Shown piece by piece: positions 6,332 through 17,100 of a stretch of DNA of 35,465 nt. Made by a program: the position numbers and the translations under genes. Position 1 is the stretch's first letter, and the number at the start of each line of letters is the position of its first letter. Under the pieces are notes generated by a model, which saw only the letters and a list, made by a program, of their open reading frames with translations, was not told the DNA's origin and did no database searches. Source of the stretch: a virus (lineage: Duplodnaviria; Heunggongvirae; Uroviricota; Caudoviricetes); IMG/VR virus record IMGVR_UViG_2534681764_000015; one strand, 5' to 3'.

Positions 6332-8236
6332 ATGAAACTGATTTCTAATAAGGCAAAATTAAAAAAGATTCTCAGAAATATCTCTGCTGCAATTCGCCCA
6401 CCTAAAGCCATGAAACCTAGCGAATGGGTAGAGGCTAATGTAGTTGCAACCGATGGTGTTAAAGCCGGATCGCTAATTAAATTGCATCCTTTCCAACGTG
6501 GGATGATGGACGCGATCACCGAAGATAGGCGAAAAATTGTGCTAAAGTGCTCGGCGCAGTTGGGTAAAACTCTTGTGCTAAACGGTATTATCTTTCATAG
6601 GATCGCCAGCAACCCCACTAATATAGGTGTTTTGCAAGCAAACGTCCGCGAGTTGAATAGCTGGATCGCGGGTAAGGTGAAGCCAGTATTAGAGGCAACC
6701 CCAGAATTAAAGGCGATGATCACCGACAAGTCAGATCGCAATGCCGTTAACAACTCATCGATTATTCAGCTTCGTAACGGATCATTCATGTATTTCATGT
6801 CGTTGAATAGTCCATCACATCTTCGCGGTAAAACACTACCTTTGATTATTCTTGATGAAGTTGATGCGGCTGATGAGTCAGACGAAGGGAACCCGATCCA
6901 GCTAGCGGAACAACGCGCAACCACTTTCGGTGATGATGCAAGGATCGTAATTGCTTCTACTCCAACTTCGCGGGATGGGGCGATAAACCAACAATGGGAA
7001 CTCTCGGATAAAAGAAAATACCACGTCGTTTGCCAGCATTGCGGACACAAACACGTAATGGAATGGAGTAGAGTATTCTTTGATTGGCATGTAATCAATG
7101 GTAAATCACTGCCGAATCCAGACACAGCCGTTTACCGTTGCCCGTCATGTGAAACTGATTGGTCAGAACCAGATCGCCTCCGTGCTGTTGCTCAGGGAGA
7201 ATGGGTCGCCACCGAACCAAATGCGGAAGTAATCGGTTTTCATGCTAACCGCCTTATGTCTCCGTTTAGTTCTATCCGTGCGTGTGTGGTGGACTTTGCT
7301 GATAGCTACGCGAATATGTCGCTGGCAACGTTCTATAATGTGGTGCTCGGTGAAACCTTCGATGATCTTAACGAAGACCGCACAGCCGACGAACTGGAAA
7401 CGCTGAAAACTGACATTAGCTTAGATAATATTCCTGATGATGTTTTGGCTCTGGTAGGTGGAGTTGACCAGCAAAAAGACCGTCTGGAATCTACCTTGCT
7501 GGGTATCTCTCGTAAAGGGATATGCGTAGTTGATCACCGATCATTCTATGATGTGAACTGCGAACGCCACGAATCACCAGCATATGACCAGCTTTACAAC
7601 TTCCTGAAAGCAAAATTCTATACCCGATCCGGTCAACGAATCCCGATGCTATCCGCTTTCGTGGACTCATCAAACGGACGAGCTACGCAAGTGATCTACC
7701 GCTTTTGCACTAGGTGGCAAAATCTATGCGCCATTAAGGGCGCAAGTAATGTTGATGCTCCAATCCTTCCGGTAAAAGACACAAGAACGGGCGGTTTTAC
7801 CCTTAAAATTCTGGGCGTAAACAACCTTAAGACGATGATCCGTGAAATGATTAACCGGAACTTGAGAGACAGCGATCCTCATACGGTCTTCCAGATTGGT
7901 GACGTTCCTGATGACTACTGCGAGCAATTGCTATCTGAACAGTTGAAACGGCAGGGTAATACCACACGTTGGGTAAAAGTTGGTCAGCAACGCAACGAGG
8001 GCTTGGACTGCCTAACCTATGCGGTGGCTAGTTATCGCCATGTACTCAATAAAATGTCATGGGAAAAACTCGAAGCCATCAAAGATAGTTTGAACCGTGA
8101 ACCAGAAGAATCCGTAGAAGCTCCTAAATCGCAATCTGACGAGCAAATCGAAGAAAATAAGCCAATCACACGACCACAACGTAAAAACATCGCCAGACGC
8201 CCAAATAGAGGCCGTAGCTGGGTAACATCGTTCTAA
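6332..8236 (+). CDS. terminase large subunit, GpA (lambda) type (634 aa)
   Basis: Walker A-like CSAQLGKT, Walker B-like LIILDEVDAADE, Cys cluster CQHCGH...CPSC, size and position ahead of portal. Confidence 0.85.
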   Translation: MKLISNKAKLKKILRNISAAIRPPKAMKPSEWVEANVVATDGVKAGSLIKLHPFQRGMMDAITEDRRKIVLKCSAQLGKTLVLNGIIFHRIASNPTNIGVLQANVRELNSWIAGKVKPVLEATPELKAMITDKSDRNAVNNSSIIQLRNGSFMYFMSLNSPSHLRGKTLPLIILDEVDAADESDEGNPIQLAEQRATTFGDDARIVIASTPTSRDGAINQQWELSDKRKYHVVCQHCGHKHVMEWSRVFFDWHVINGKSLPNPDTAVYRCPSCETDWSEPDRLRAVAQGEWVATEPNAEVIGFHANRLMSPFSSIRACVVDFADSYANMSLATFYNVVLGETFDDLNEDRTADELETLKTDISLDNIPDDVLALVGGVDQQKDRLESTLLGISRKGICVVDHRSFYDVNCERHESPAYDQLYNFLKAKFYTRSGQRIPMLSAFVDSSNGRATQVIYRFCTRWQNLCAIKGASNVDAPILPVKDTRTGGFTLKILGVNNLKTMIREMINRNLRDSDPHTVFQIGDVPDDYCEQLLSEQLKRQGNTTRWVKVGQQRNEGLDCLTYAVASYRHVLNKMSWEKLEAIKDSLNREPEESVEAPKSQSDEQIEENKPITRPQRKNIARRPNRGRSWVTSF

Positions 8237-8308
8237 TAACTCGCCGTCCTTCGGGGCGGCCTCCCCCTAAATATTGTTAATCCAATAACAATTAAATAAG
8301 GGGTAATT

Positions 8309-8803
8309 ATGAGTTTAGAACTAATTCCCTTAGTAATTCGTAAAGGTGAAAAAATCACGCTGGCGAATGAAGAGAGTGTAACAATTCAGGTAGGAAATAG
8401 TAAAGGTATCATTTATCAGGTTGATGACACTCCGGCTAATCACGAGATTAAAACCTTAGATTTTGCCGAAGGTAAATATACCATCGTAACCACTTTGGAA
8501 GAAGAACTGGTATCAATGCAGGAATTAACTGTTTTGCCAGTATTCGCCAAAATCTCCAAAAAAGACTATCTGCGGGAAACTATCGCCTTAATCGAGCAAG
8601 TTATTTTCGCCCGTTTATCTGGGGACGAAGCCGCATTATCAGCAATGACAGTGAAAGGGAATACTTTCGCCTATGAGTCATTGGCTGTTCTCCAGACTCT
8701 AAAAGTCGATTATGAACGTCAGTTATCAAAATTAATTCAAGCCGAACGACGTAAACAGGGAATTAGCCCGATTAAAAATATCAAATTACGTCTTACGCGA
8801 TAA
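8309..8803 (+). CDS. hypothetical head-module protein (164 aa)
   Basis: ORF between terminase and portal with AAGGGGTAA RBS; function not recognised. Confidence 0.5.
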   Translation: MSLELIPLVIRKGEKITLANEESVTIQVGNSKGIIYQVDDTPANHEIKTLDFAEGKYTIVTTLEEELVSMQELTVLPVFAKISKKDYLRETIALIEQVIFARLSGDEAALSAMTVKGNTFAYESLAVLQTLKVDYERQLSKLIQAERRKQGISPIKNIKLRLTR

Positions 8804-8813
8804 GGGGTAAATC

Positions 8814-10325
8814 ATGTTTAATCTTTTTCGACGCAAAAAGGCGGTAGAAACTCCAGTTAAAACTAATCACCGCCAGCAACAACAAAAAATCTTTATCGAC
8901 AAACAAGTAGAAAAATTCCAGAAAGATTTGTCTAAGCGTTCTTTGGGCTTAGTTGGTGATCGCATTGATGGACAGCTTCAACAAGACACCATTACAGGAA
9001 CCTTCAATAAGGCTCTCAAATCGAACGGTAAGCGCCTTTATGATCAGGGTCGTACTCTGGCCTTAAACACTTCCGTAGGCAGTCGATACACGCAATACAT
9101 CACCGATATGGTGGTAGGTACTGGCCTAGATCCGAAGCCGTCAATCGTTAAATCGAATGGCAAACTTGATAGCGCACTGAATAAGCAGATTGAGAATGCT
9201 TTTTGGAAGTGGGCGCAGAATGCTAAACGCTTCTCTCGTAACGGTCGCTTTAACTTCCGTGAACTGCTGGTAATGGCTGAACGTGAGCGCGTTATGGGTG
9301 GTGAGTGCTTCATCGTTTTAACCAAAGAAAACAATGAGTTAAATGTTTCTATCCTGTCTGCTGATAAGTGCGACTGGTCGCTCAACCGTGAAGTAAGCAA
9401 AGAACGCGCTATCTATCAGGGGATCGAGTATGACGTAGAAACAATGCGCCCTGTTGCATACTGGTTTCGTAAAATCAACCTACTGACTCAGACTTACACA
9501 GGTGATAACTATCGCGTAGATGCTTCGCAAGTATGCCATTATTATCAACCACTTGCGGCTGAATCTCTGCGTGGTGTGACTGACTTCCTGCCAGTGATCA
9601 AGGATATTGCGCATCAAGACGCATTCCGCGAAACCGCGATCGTCCAGAAACGTATTGCGGCTAGTTCTATGGGCTTTATCGAACGTCCGAAAGATTCTGG
9701 TGACGATTTTGATACTGGTGAAGAGGATGAACAATATCAAGCGCCGGAAGTAGTACAGGATTTTGCACCGGGCACTATTCAGGAATTGCCGGAAGGGGCA
9801 ACGATTAAATCAATCCAAGCTACTCAATCAGGCGATGATTTCAATTCCTTCAATGATGCGATGTTTACTAGCGTATCAATGGGCTTAGGAGTGTTCAAAC
9901 AGGGCTTGACTGGTGATACTTCCCAGATCAACTACTCAGCCGCGCGTTTCGGCGAATTAACCCAGCGCACACGAGTTAAAGCACTGCAAAACAAATTAAT
10001 TGAAACAGTGGTATTGCCAATTTTCGAAGCATATCTACGCCATTATTCCGCGCGTGGTATTGTTCCGATTCGTATTACTGCAATTCCGCATATTATCGAG
10101 AACACTACTATTATTCGTCCTCGTTTTGAATCCGTCGATCCATTTAAAGACGTAAGCGCCGAGATTGCTTTAATTGATAACGGACTTAAATCACGTACTG
10201 CTGTTATTTTGGAACGTGGTGATGATCCTGAAAAAGTATTCTCAGAGATTCAAGCCGAAAAGAGCGCACTAAATATTATCGTTGATGGTGAGAGCAAGGA
10301 TAACCCTTCTCAAACCGATCCCTAA
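8814..10325 (+). CDS. portal protein (503 aa)
   Basis: size and position between large terminase and prohead protease/capsid; acidic stretch DDFDTGEEDEQYQ typical of portals; call by synteny. Confidence 0.7.
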   Translation: MFNLFRRKKAVETPVKTNHRQQQQKIFIDKQVEKFQKDLSKRSLGLVGDRIDGQLQQDTITGTFNKALKSNGKRLYDQGRTLALNTSVGSRYTQYITDMVVGTGLDPKPSIVKSNGKLDSALNKQIENAFWKWAQNAKRFSRNGRFNFRELLVMAERERVMGGECFIVLTKENNELNVSILSADKCDWSLNREVSKERAIYQGIEYDVETMRPVAYWFRKINLLTQTYTGDNYRVDASQVCHYYQPLAAESLRGVTDFLPVIKDIAHQDAFRETAIVQKRIAASSMGFIERPKDSGDDFDTGEEDEQYQAPEVVQDFAPGTIQELPEGATIKSIQATQSGDDFNSFNDAMFTSVSMGLGVFKQGLTGDTSQINYSAARFGELTQRTRVKALQNKLIETVVLPIFEAYLRHYSARGIVPIRITAIPHIIENTTIIRPRFESVDPFKDVSAEIALIDNGLKSRTAVILERGDDPEKVFSEIQAEKSALNIIVDGESKDNPSQTDP

Positions 10326-10370
10326 TAACCAACGGGGGCGTAATGCCCCCAATTAATTAAAGGTGATTAA

Positions 10371-12377
10371 ATGCTTAAATTTCGCCGCGAACTTAACGGT
10401 TACGGTGGAGTTATTAACGAAGGGCATAACGATCAATACGAATTTGAAATTGCTTTCTCCAGTGAACAGCCTTATCAGCGCCAATTCTGGGATGAGCAAA
10501 ATCAAGAAATGGTGGTATTAGATGAAATTCTGGTACATACACCGGAAGCGGTTGATCTGTCTCGTCTGAATAATAACGCTCCGTTGCTGTTCAATCATAT
10601 TTTCGATAATCACATTGGTGTCGTTTGTAACGCTCGAATCGATGCGGATAACGTAGGTCGTGCTCTGGTTAAATTCTCTAAACATGGCACTTTGGCTAAT
10701 GATATTCGCAACAAAGTCATTGAAGGTACGATGGAAAAAATTTCTGTCGGCTATGACATTAAAGAATATCACATCGATTACGCCAAAGGAAAATTGATTG
10801 TTACTAAGTGGGAACCTTTTGAAATTTCATTTGTGACGGTCCCTGCCGATGATACGGTCGGTTTAAATCGCTCTCTAAATACTATCACAGTTAATTTGGA
10901 GGCTAAACGCGATATGACTAAAGAACAAATTGAAGAAATCAAAGAAGAACAAGAATCCGCTCAGGTTGAAGAAACTCCGGTAGAAGAAAATAAAGAATCG
11001 GAAGTTGAAGAAACTCAAGAGCGCCAAGTTGAAGAGAATAAAGAAAATGAAAATCTCGAAGACGGAAAAGACGCTGAACATCCTGAAAGTGTTGATGATG
11101 ATAGTTCAACTGTTCGGGAAGCAGAAGAAGTAAAAGAAGAACGTGAAGCCGCTCCGGTTGAAGAAGAAAAAATCGAAGAAGTGGCTGAACGTTCCGAAGA
11201 AGACGAATTAGAAATCCGCGAGATCGCGCGGGAACTAAATATTGACGACGAAGAATTAGAACGCGCACTAGCAATTAAAGACATGACGCCGGAAGCATTC
11301 CGCACTAAGGCACTAAATAAAATCGCTACTGCTCAACGTAACAACGAACAAATTAATAAGGAACAAATCATGGAAAAAACTTTCGATCTTAATAACGTAA
11401 TTCGCTCTCTGGTAGATGGTGCTGCTCTGGGTGCTAACGAAGCTGAATATTCCGCTATGGCTGCTGGTGCTGCAATGCAGCGTGGTCGTGCTGCTCGTGG
11501 TGGCTCTGTATTCGTTCCGGCTGCTGCTCTGCGTGCTGCTTCCGAAGGTAACACCAAAGCTACTCTGACTGATATCACCGACGAAAAACTGCTGACCGAA
11601 TCCTATGTAGAAATGCTGCTTCCGCAGTCTGTTTTGGGTCGTCTGGGTGTGACTGTTCTGTCTGGTCTGAATGCTCCGATTGCTGTACCGAAAATGACCG
11701 CTTCCAGCGTTGACGCTTTCGGCTTCGTTGATGAAAACGGTGCTGCACCGGAAAGCAAAGCTGAATTTGCAAACGTGAAAATGGCTCCGAAAACTTTTGC
11801 TGGTGGCAACCCGATCAGCCGTCAGTCTCTGAAAACTGTTCCGAATATTGCTACCCTGATCACTGATCACATTAACAAAGCTGTTCGGATCAAACTGGAA
11901 CAACTGATTCTGTCTGACAAAGACAATACTCGTGGTCCGAAAGGTCTGGTTAAACAACTGGTAGACGGTGGTCGCGTTGCTAAGAAAGCCGCTTTCTCTT
12001 ACAAAGACTTCCTGAAAGAAATTGCAGCACTGACCGACGCTGGCGTTCCTGCTCAGGCGATCAAGTTTGCAATGAGCGGTGCAACTGCTGCTGAACTGGA
12101 ATCTACCCTGAAAGATAACGGCGTTTCCGGTTATATCATCGAAAACGGCAAACTGGCTGGTTACGATGTAGTTACTTCTGGTGTTATCCCGGCAGATCAC
12201 ATCGTTCTGGGTGACTTCTCCGGTATCATGATCGGCGAATGGGGTGGTCTGGAACTGGATATGGATGACACTACCTACCGTGCACAGTCTGCTATCGTTC
12301 CGCGTATCTGGGTAGACCTGGACTTCACCGTAGTTCAGCCGGAAGCTCTGAAAGTTCTTCACATCTCCGCTGAATGA
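10371..12377 (+). CDS. prohead protease / Glu-rich scaffold-like linker / HK97-fold major capsid fusion protein (668 aa)
   Basis: N-terminal domain ends with EISFVTVPADD (HK97-type prohead protease signature as recalled); residues about 180-300 are E/K-rich low complexity; C-terminal about 350 aa are capsid-like with strongly biased codon usage. Confidence 0.8.
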   Translation: MLKFRRELNGYGGVINEGHNDQYEFEIAFSSEQPYQRQFWDEQNQEMVVLDEILVHTPEAVDLSRLNNNAPLLFNHIFDNHIGVVCNARIDADNVGRALVKFSKHGTLANDIRNKVIEGTMEKISVGYDIKEYHIDYAKGKLIVTKWEPFEISFVTVPADDTVGLNRSLNTITVNLEAKRDMTKEQIEEIKEEQESAQVEETPVEENKESEVEETQERQVEENKENENLEDGKDAEHPESVDDDSSTVREAEEVKEEREAAPVEEEKIEEVAERSEEDELEIREIARELNIDDEELERALAIKDMTPEAFRTKALNKIATAQRNNEQINKEQIMEKTFDLNNVIRSLVDGAALGANEAEYSAMAAGAAMQRGRAARGGSVFVPAAALRAASEGNTKATLTDITDEKLLTESYVEMLLPQSVLGRLGVTVLSGLNAPIAVPKMTASSVDAFGFVDENGAAPESKAEFANVKMAPKTFAGGNPISRQSLKTVPNIATLITDHINKAVRIKLEQLILSDKDNTRGPKGLVKQLVDGGRVAKKAAFSYKDFLKEIAALTDAGVPAQAIKFAMSGATAAELESTLKDNGVSGYIIENGKLAGYDVVTSGVIPADHIVLGDFSGIMIGEWGGLELDMDDTTYRAQSAIVPRIWVDLDFTVVQPEALKVLHISAE

Positions 12378-12517
12378 ACTAGCGTAGAACCTTCTGAACC
12401 TTCCCCCGATTTGGGGGAAGAAAATCTGATTCCATCTCAGGAAGAAGAATCCCAGACGGTTACGGCGAAAGCCACAGCTAAAAAGGTGGGACGTCCACCG
12501 AAAGCAAAATAATAATT

Positions 12518-12545
12518 AGCCCTGCCTAACGGTGGGGCTTTTTTG
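12518..12545 (+). terminator. rho-independent terminator candidate after capsid region
   Basis: hairpin GCCCTGCC-TAAC-GGTGGGGC (two G-U pairs) followed by TTTTTTG. Confidence 0.55.
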
Positions 12546-12574
12546 TATGTAAATACTCCATAAAGGGGGTAACT

Positions 12575-12865
12575 ATGTTCAAATTATCAGAATCACAATT
12601 ATCAAGAATGTTTAAGAGTGCTCCTGTATTTTCGGTGGAAGGTGGTAAATCAATTCGTGCTTACCATGAAATTACTACTACCGACGAATCAGGGGTAATG
12701 ACAGAGACAGAATTTCTATTTTGTCGTGAGGGAGACTTAAATCAGGGTGATATTGTCATTGTAGAAAACCAGCGTTTCAAAGTTCAATATATTAAGCGCA
12801 ATGGTGACAATACTTCTGATTGCTTTATTACTCTGGCAGGGGGTACACATGCTCGCTACCGTTAA
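12575..12865 (+). CDS. head-tail joining/completion protein candidate (96 aa)
   Basis: small ORF after capsid with AAGGGGGTAA RBS; assignment by position only. Confidence 0.4.
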   Translation: MFKLSESQLSRMFKSAPVFSVEGGKSIRAYHEITTTDESGVMTETEFLFCREGDLNQGDIVIVENQRFKVQYIKRNGDNTSDCFITLAGGTHARYR

Positions 12866-13271
12866 TAACATGCCTAGACTGAAAATCAAACGCGCCTTGC
12901 AAGATATTATCGAACAAGATCTAGGTCTGGCTTTAAACGTAGAACAAACCCAAACCGGATTTTCGGAATCTGTTGTGTGTTGGATTACTGGCATGAATGA
13001 AACTTATACGCGTGTTCGTGGCGGTAATGCAATGCAAGCTGAATGCGTTATCGAAATGCAGTTATATTCTCAGATTCATGAAACGAAAATTCATGAGGGT
13101 ATTTGCCAGATAATCCAGATTCAGCCGGATAACCCACGTTTTAAAGATTTGGGCTTCTCTATTTCAGATATCACTCCAGTAGCTTCTAATACCGATTATG
13201 ACGATGATTCTAGTGATGGGGGTATCGTTGGGACACTTAGCCTTAAATTTTCTTATCTAGCGCGTTTTTAA
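12849..13271 (+). CDS. head-tail joining/completion protein candidate (about 140 aa)
   Basis: ORF track 12801..13271; ATG at 12849 preferred because of GGGGG upstream; overlaps previous gene by 17 nt. Confidence 0.4.
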   Translation: MLATVNNMPRLKIKRALQDIIEQDLGLALNVEQTQTGFSESVVCWITGMNETYTRVRGGNAMQAECVIEMQLYSQIHETKIHEGICQIIQIQPDNPRFKDLGFSISDITPVASNTDYDDDSSDGGIVGTLSLKFSYLARF

Positions 13272-13280
13272 GGGGTAATA

Positions 13281-14114
13281 ATGAATATTACACAAGATAA
13301 CTTAGACATTTTCACGGGGTCGCATGTTGAAGTCTCCGTGTCTACTATGGTGGATAACCAGCCGGACTTTTTCGATCCTGCATTTAGTCCTATCGAGAAC
13401 ATCGCAGCATTCCCGATGATAACCGAATCCACAGAGATCCAGACGTTAGAAGAGTATGATCAGGACGCTACGGGTAAACTTGCTGGCTATCGTAAACTTG
13501 AATCAACTACGTTAGTAGTAAACCGTGTTCTGGATGACGAACATCAAGACATGTTGATGAAAGCGGTGAATGATAAAACTCCTTTACGCTTTCGTATGTT
13601 CTATGTTGTGAACTCTGGTTACAGTGCTGCTAACACAGGTTACTACGTCATTTTTGACGCTTATGTCTCGTCACATAAAACAAAATCCGGTGATAACAAA
13701 GTTACTACAATCGAGTTTAAATTAGAACCTGATGGCGGGATTCTAGATCGCGGTATTGCTACCGAAGGCCGGATCTTACGTCAAGGTGATTTTGGTTTGG
13801 GTGCTGGTGTAAATCCATTCACGGGTCCGATTGATAGCGAAGCATTAGCCGGAAACCGTTTCGTAACTTATCAGGGATCGAGCGCATCTAATCCATTTAG
13901 TGCTGATACTTCACTAATTCACGTTCAACCTAATGAAGATGGTGGATGGCAATTAACTTGCACCGCTTCCGGCGCACCACGTTTACGAGTTCGCACAGTC
14001 CAGAAAGACGGTAATTCTGGATGGGTGAAAGTGTATTCCACGGAAGAAAAACCGACACCAGCCGAGATTGAAGCCGTTTCTATCCATGACCGGATCGACT
14101 TCGGGGAATACTGA
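13281..14114 (+). CDS. hypothetical virion structural protein (277 aa)
   Basis: ORF with AAGGGGTAA RBS between head completion genes and tail fiber; function not recognised. Confidence 0.45.
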   Translation: MNITQDNLDIFTGSHVEVSVSTMVDNQPDFFDPAFSPIENIAAFPMITESTEIQTLEEYDQDATGKLAGYRKLESTTLVVNRVLDDEHQDMLMKAVNDKTPLRFRMFYVVNSGYSAANTGYYVIFDAYVSSHKTKSGDNKVTTIEFKLEPDGGILDRGIATEGRILRQGDFGLGAGVNPFTGPIDSEALAGNRFVTYQGSSASNPFSADTSLIHVQPNEDGGWQLTCTASGAPRLRVRTVQKDGNSGWVKVYSTEEKPTPAEIEAVSIHDRIDFGEY

Positions 14115-14187
14115 TTGCTTCTCTAAATAAAACATGACGCGGGGAGGTTAACGCCTCCCTTATTCCTGTTTTATGTGAGGTGATTAG

Positions 14188-17100
14188 ATGCAATCAATCC
14201 AATTTAAACGAACTAATGTTTCTGGCAAAAAGCCAACGCCGGAACAATTACAGGTCGGTGAGGTAGCAATCAACCTTAAAGACCATGTTATTTTTACCAA
14301 AGACCGAGATCATGAAGTAGTTCAAATCTCTGTTTCTCCTGAAACTCACGCGGCACTAGAATCTAAAGTTGATGCTAACAAACAAGAATTGGATAGCACA
14401 ATTGCAGTAAATGACCGCAATATTCACGCTAAAGTAGATGAAATTAAACAAACTACTGATGCAACCATCGCAGCAAATCACGCAGAAATTAACAATAAAG
14501 TTGATGTAATTAAACGCGAAACCGACGCGACAATCGAGGCCAATAAAAATAAAGCTGCTTCCGATCTTGCTGGTGTTAAAGCTGAATTGTCGGATACCAT
14601 CAACGCTAATAAAAATGCGGCTGCTGTAGCAACTCAGGAACTGGACACCCGCATCAATAAAAAAGTTGATGATATTAAATCCCGTACCGATGCAACCATC
14701 GTAAGCAATCACAAAGCAATCAATGACAAAGTTGATTTGATTAAGGCAGAAACTGACCGCACTATCGCAGCAAATCACGCCTATGCGGAAAATCAGTTAA
14801 CTGACACCTACAATAACCTTACTGGTGTGATTGCAGCCAATAAGCAAGAGGCAGCGGATAACGTCGCAGCATTAACCCGTGATGTTGAAGCCAAAAATAC
14901 AGCAATTCATAGCAAAGTTGACAATAACAAGTCTTACACTGATTCTGAATTGGCACGCTTAGAAAGCCGTATTGATGCAGCCGATGGATCAAGTGATGGT
15001 AAGTACATCAAAAAGCACGTAAACACTTGCACTGATGGCTATTTGCTGTCTAAGACCGCAAACCCTTTTGATGATCCGAGTGCTCTTAATCTTGATTACT
15101 TTGGTGCATTTCGCATGAATGACCTGGCGGGTCATATTGCAATGATCTTGCATGTTCCGCACCCATCCGGCGTTAATCATGCTCGTGGTTTTGAGTTCAC
15201 TTATGGGTCTAATCCGGTTCCTACGGTAAGAACATACGGCTATGATGAATTGGGACATTTGGCATATTCTCACCGCATGTATCATGAAGGTGATAAACCT
15301 ACTCCGGCTGAAATTGGCGCATATTCGAAAGCAGAAATTGACCGACTGTTCCAGAAGACGCTTAATTTTGGTATCGAGGGTGGTTGGTTTAAACTAGGCA
15401 CTTTGACAATGCCACAACAACACGGTCGCACGGCTAAGATCCGTTTGGTTGGTGGTAACGGTTATAACGTCGGGATGAATGGACAAGCCAATATTATCGA
15501 ATTGGTGATCCGATGCGGCAACAATAGCCCGAAAGGTGTTGTATTCAATGCGTATTATACTATTTGGCATCATGAACAACATTTTTGCGCTATTCCAACC
15601 GATGGCGACAATTACGATCTTTACGCTTACTACGGTGCACATACAGGATTTGTTTTAGCAGAATATCAAGTTTCTTCCGGTGGTGTTTCTTTAAACCTGT
15701 TGGATACTCCTGAATATCTGGGTGGTGAAAAACCTGTTGCAGACGAAATTTTTGATGCTCTTAACATTTCATCGTTCAATAACTTTAGCAACCGTGGAAC
15801 GTTAAATTTTGCTGGAAACCATCAAGGCCAATACGACATTGAGCATTTGAACGAACAGCAAACAAATGCCAAGAAAATGTTGCGTCGCTTCCGTAGTTCT
15901 GCTCCTGCCACTATCTGGCATGAGACAGTTGATGATAACGCATATCGTCTTGCTACTGGATACGAAGATACAAATCAGGAATTATTGCTGACAGTAACAT
16001 CCGGGTTACATGTCAAGAAATTAACATTGGATGGTGGTGTTGGTGGAAATTCTGGTATTGATATTCGTCGAGGACCAAACGAAGCAAGCCATTTTAATTT
16101 CATGGATTATCGCACTGGACAAGATGTTCGTAATGGTTGGTTTGGTTTTGGTGATGGAACAACCAAAGATTTTATTTGGTGGAACGACAACGGTCAAAAC
16201 TCTATAAACCTGATTGCAGATGGTGAATTACATATTTCTGGCGGTAAAGGCCAGAAAATTGTAATGAATAGCGAAGTTGCATTATCTGAAAATGCTCGTT
16301 TGGCTGTTAAAGGTGGCAATTATGGTTTGATTTTACGCAATGATGGTTCTAGCTTCCATATTCTTACTACCGATTTAAAAGATTCTTTTGGTAGTTGGAA
16401 TAATCGCAGACCATTCAGCTATGATTTTGCGGACGGTGGATTGTATTTAGGTGGTACTGCAACCGCTCGTTGTTTGCATCTCGGAATTGATGGTAGTACC
16501 CGTCTTGAAGACAACCTTTTCTTTAAAGCTGGTTCTCGTCAATCTATGGACTATATGGAACTCGTCCATTGGGGTGCAAGCAATACAGGTCGAAATAACG
16601 TTTTAAGTCTTCGTGACTCAAAAGGATTTTTCGCAGAATTTGAACGATTGGGTGATAATACCATTAAAAACACCTTCTTCGGGAAACTTAAAGTTAATCG
16701 TGGTTCTGACGCAATCGTCATGAATGCCGAAACGGGTGATTCGTCTATATATTTGCTGGGTACTTGTGCTGATAATAACAACTGGTATATCGGTAAAGGT
16801 GGTGCTGATAATGGATTAGCGTTCTATAGCTATGCTACTAATGCTGCTATCAATATTACAAACGCGGGTGATATCGCGCTAAGTCCAAAAGGTGTCGAAA
16901 TGACTCATGTCAATAACGTTCGATTCTATGTTCATGGTGAACGTTGGACTGCTAGCCAATCTGGAGGTTGGGGCGATCAATGGGGATTAGAAGCGCCGAT
17001 ATTTGTCGATCATGGTTATGTAGGACCAGATAGCTATTATCCAATTATTAAAGGAAGAAGTTTAATCACCAATCAAGGGTATACAACTGCCGTCGATTTT

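Noticed and set aside
11313-12362. 349-aa minus-strand ORF inside the capsid gene, plus smaller antisense ORFs at 10875..11305
   Set aside because: Antisense shadow of a strongly codon-biased, Glu-rich coding region; low-complexity translation and no RBS or context.
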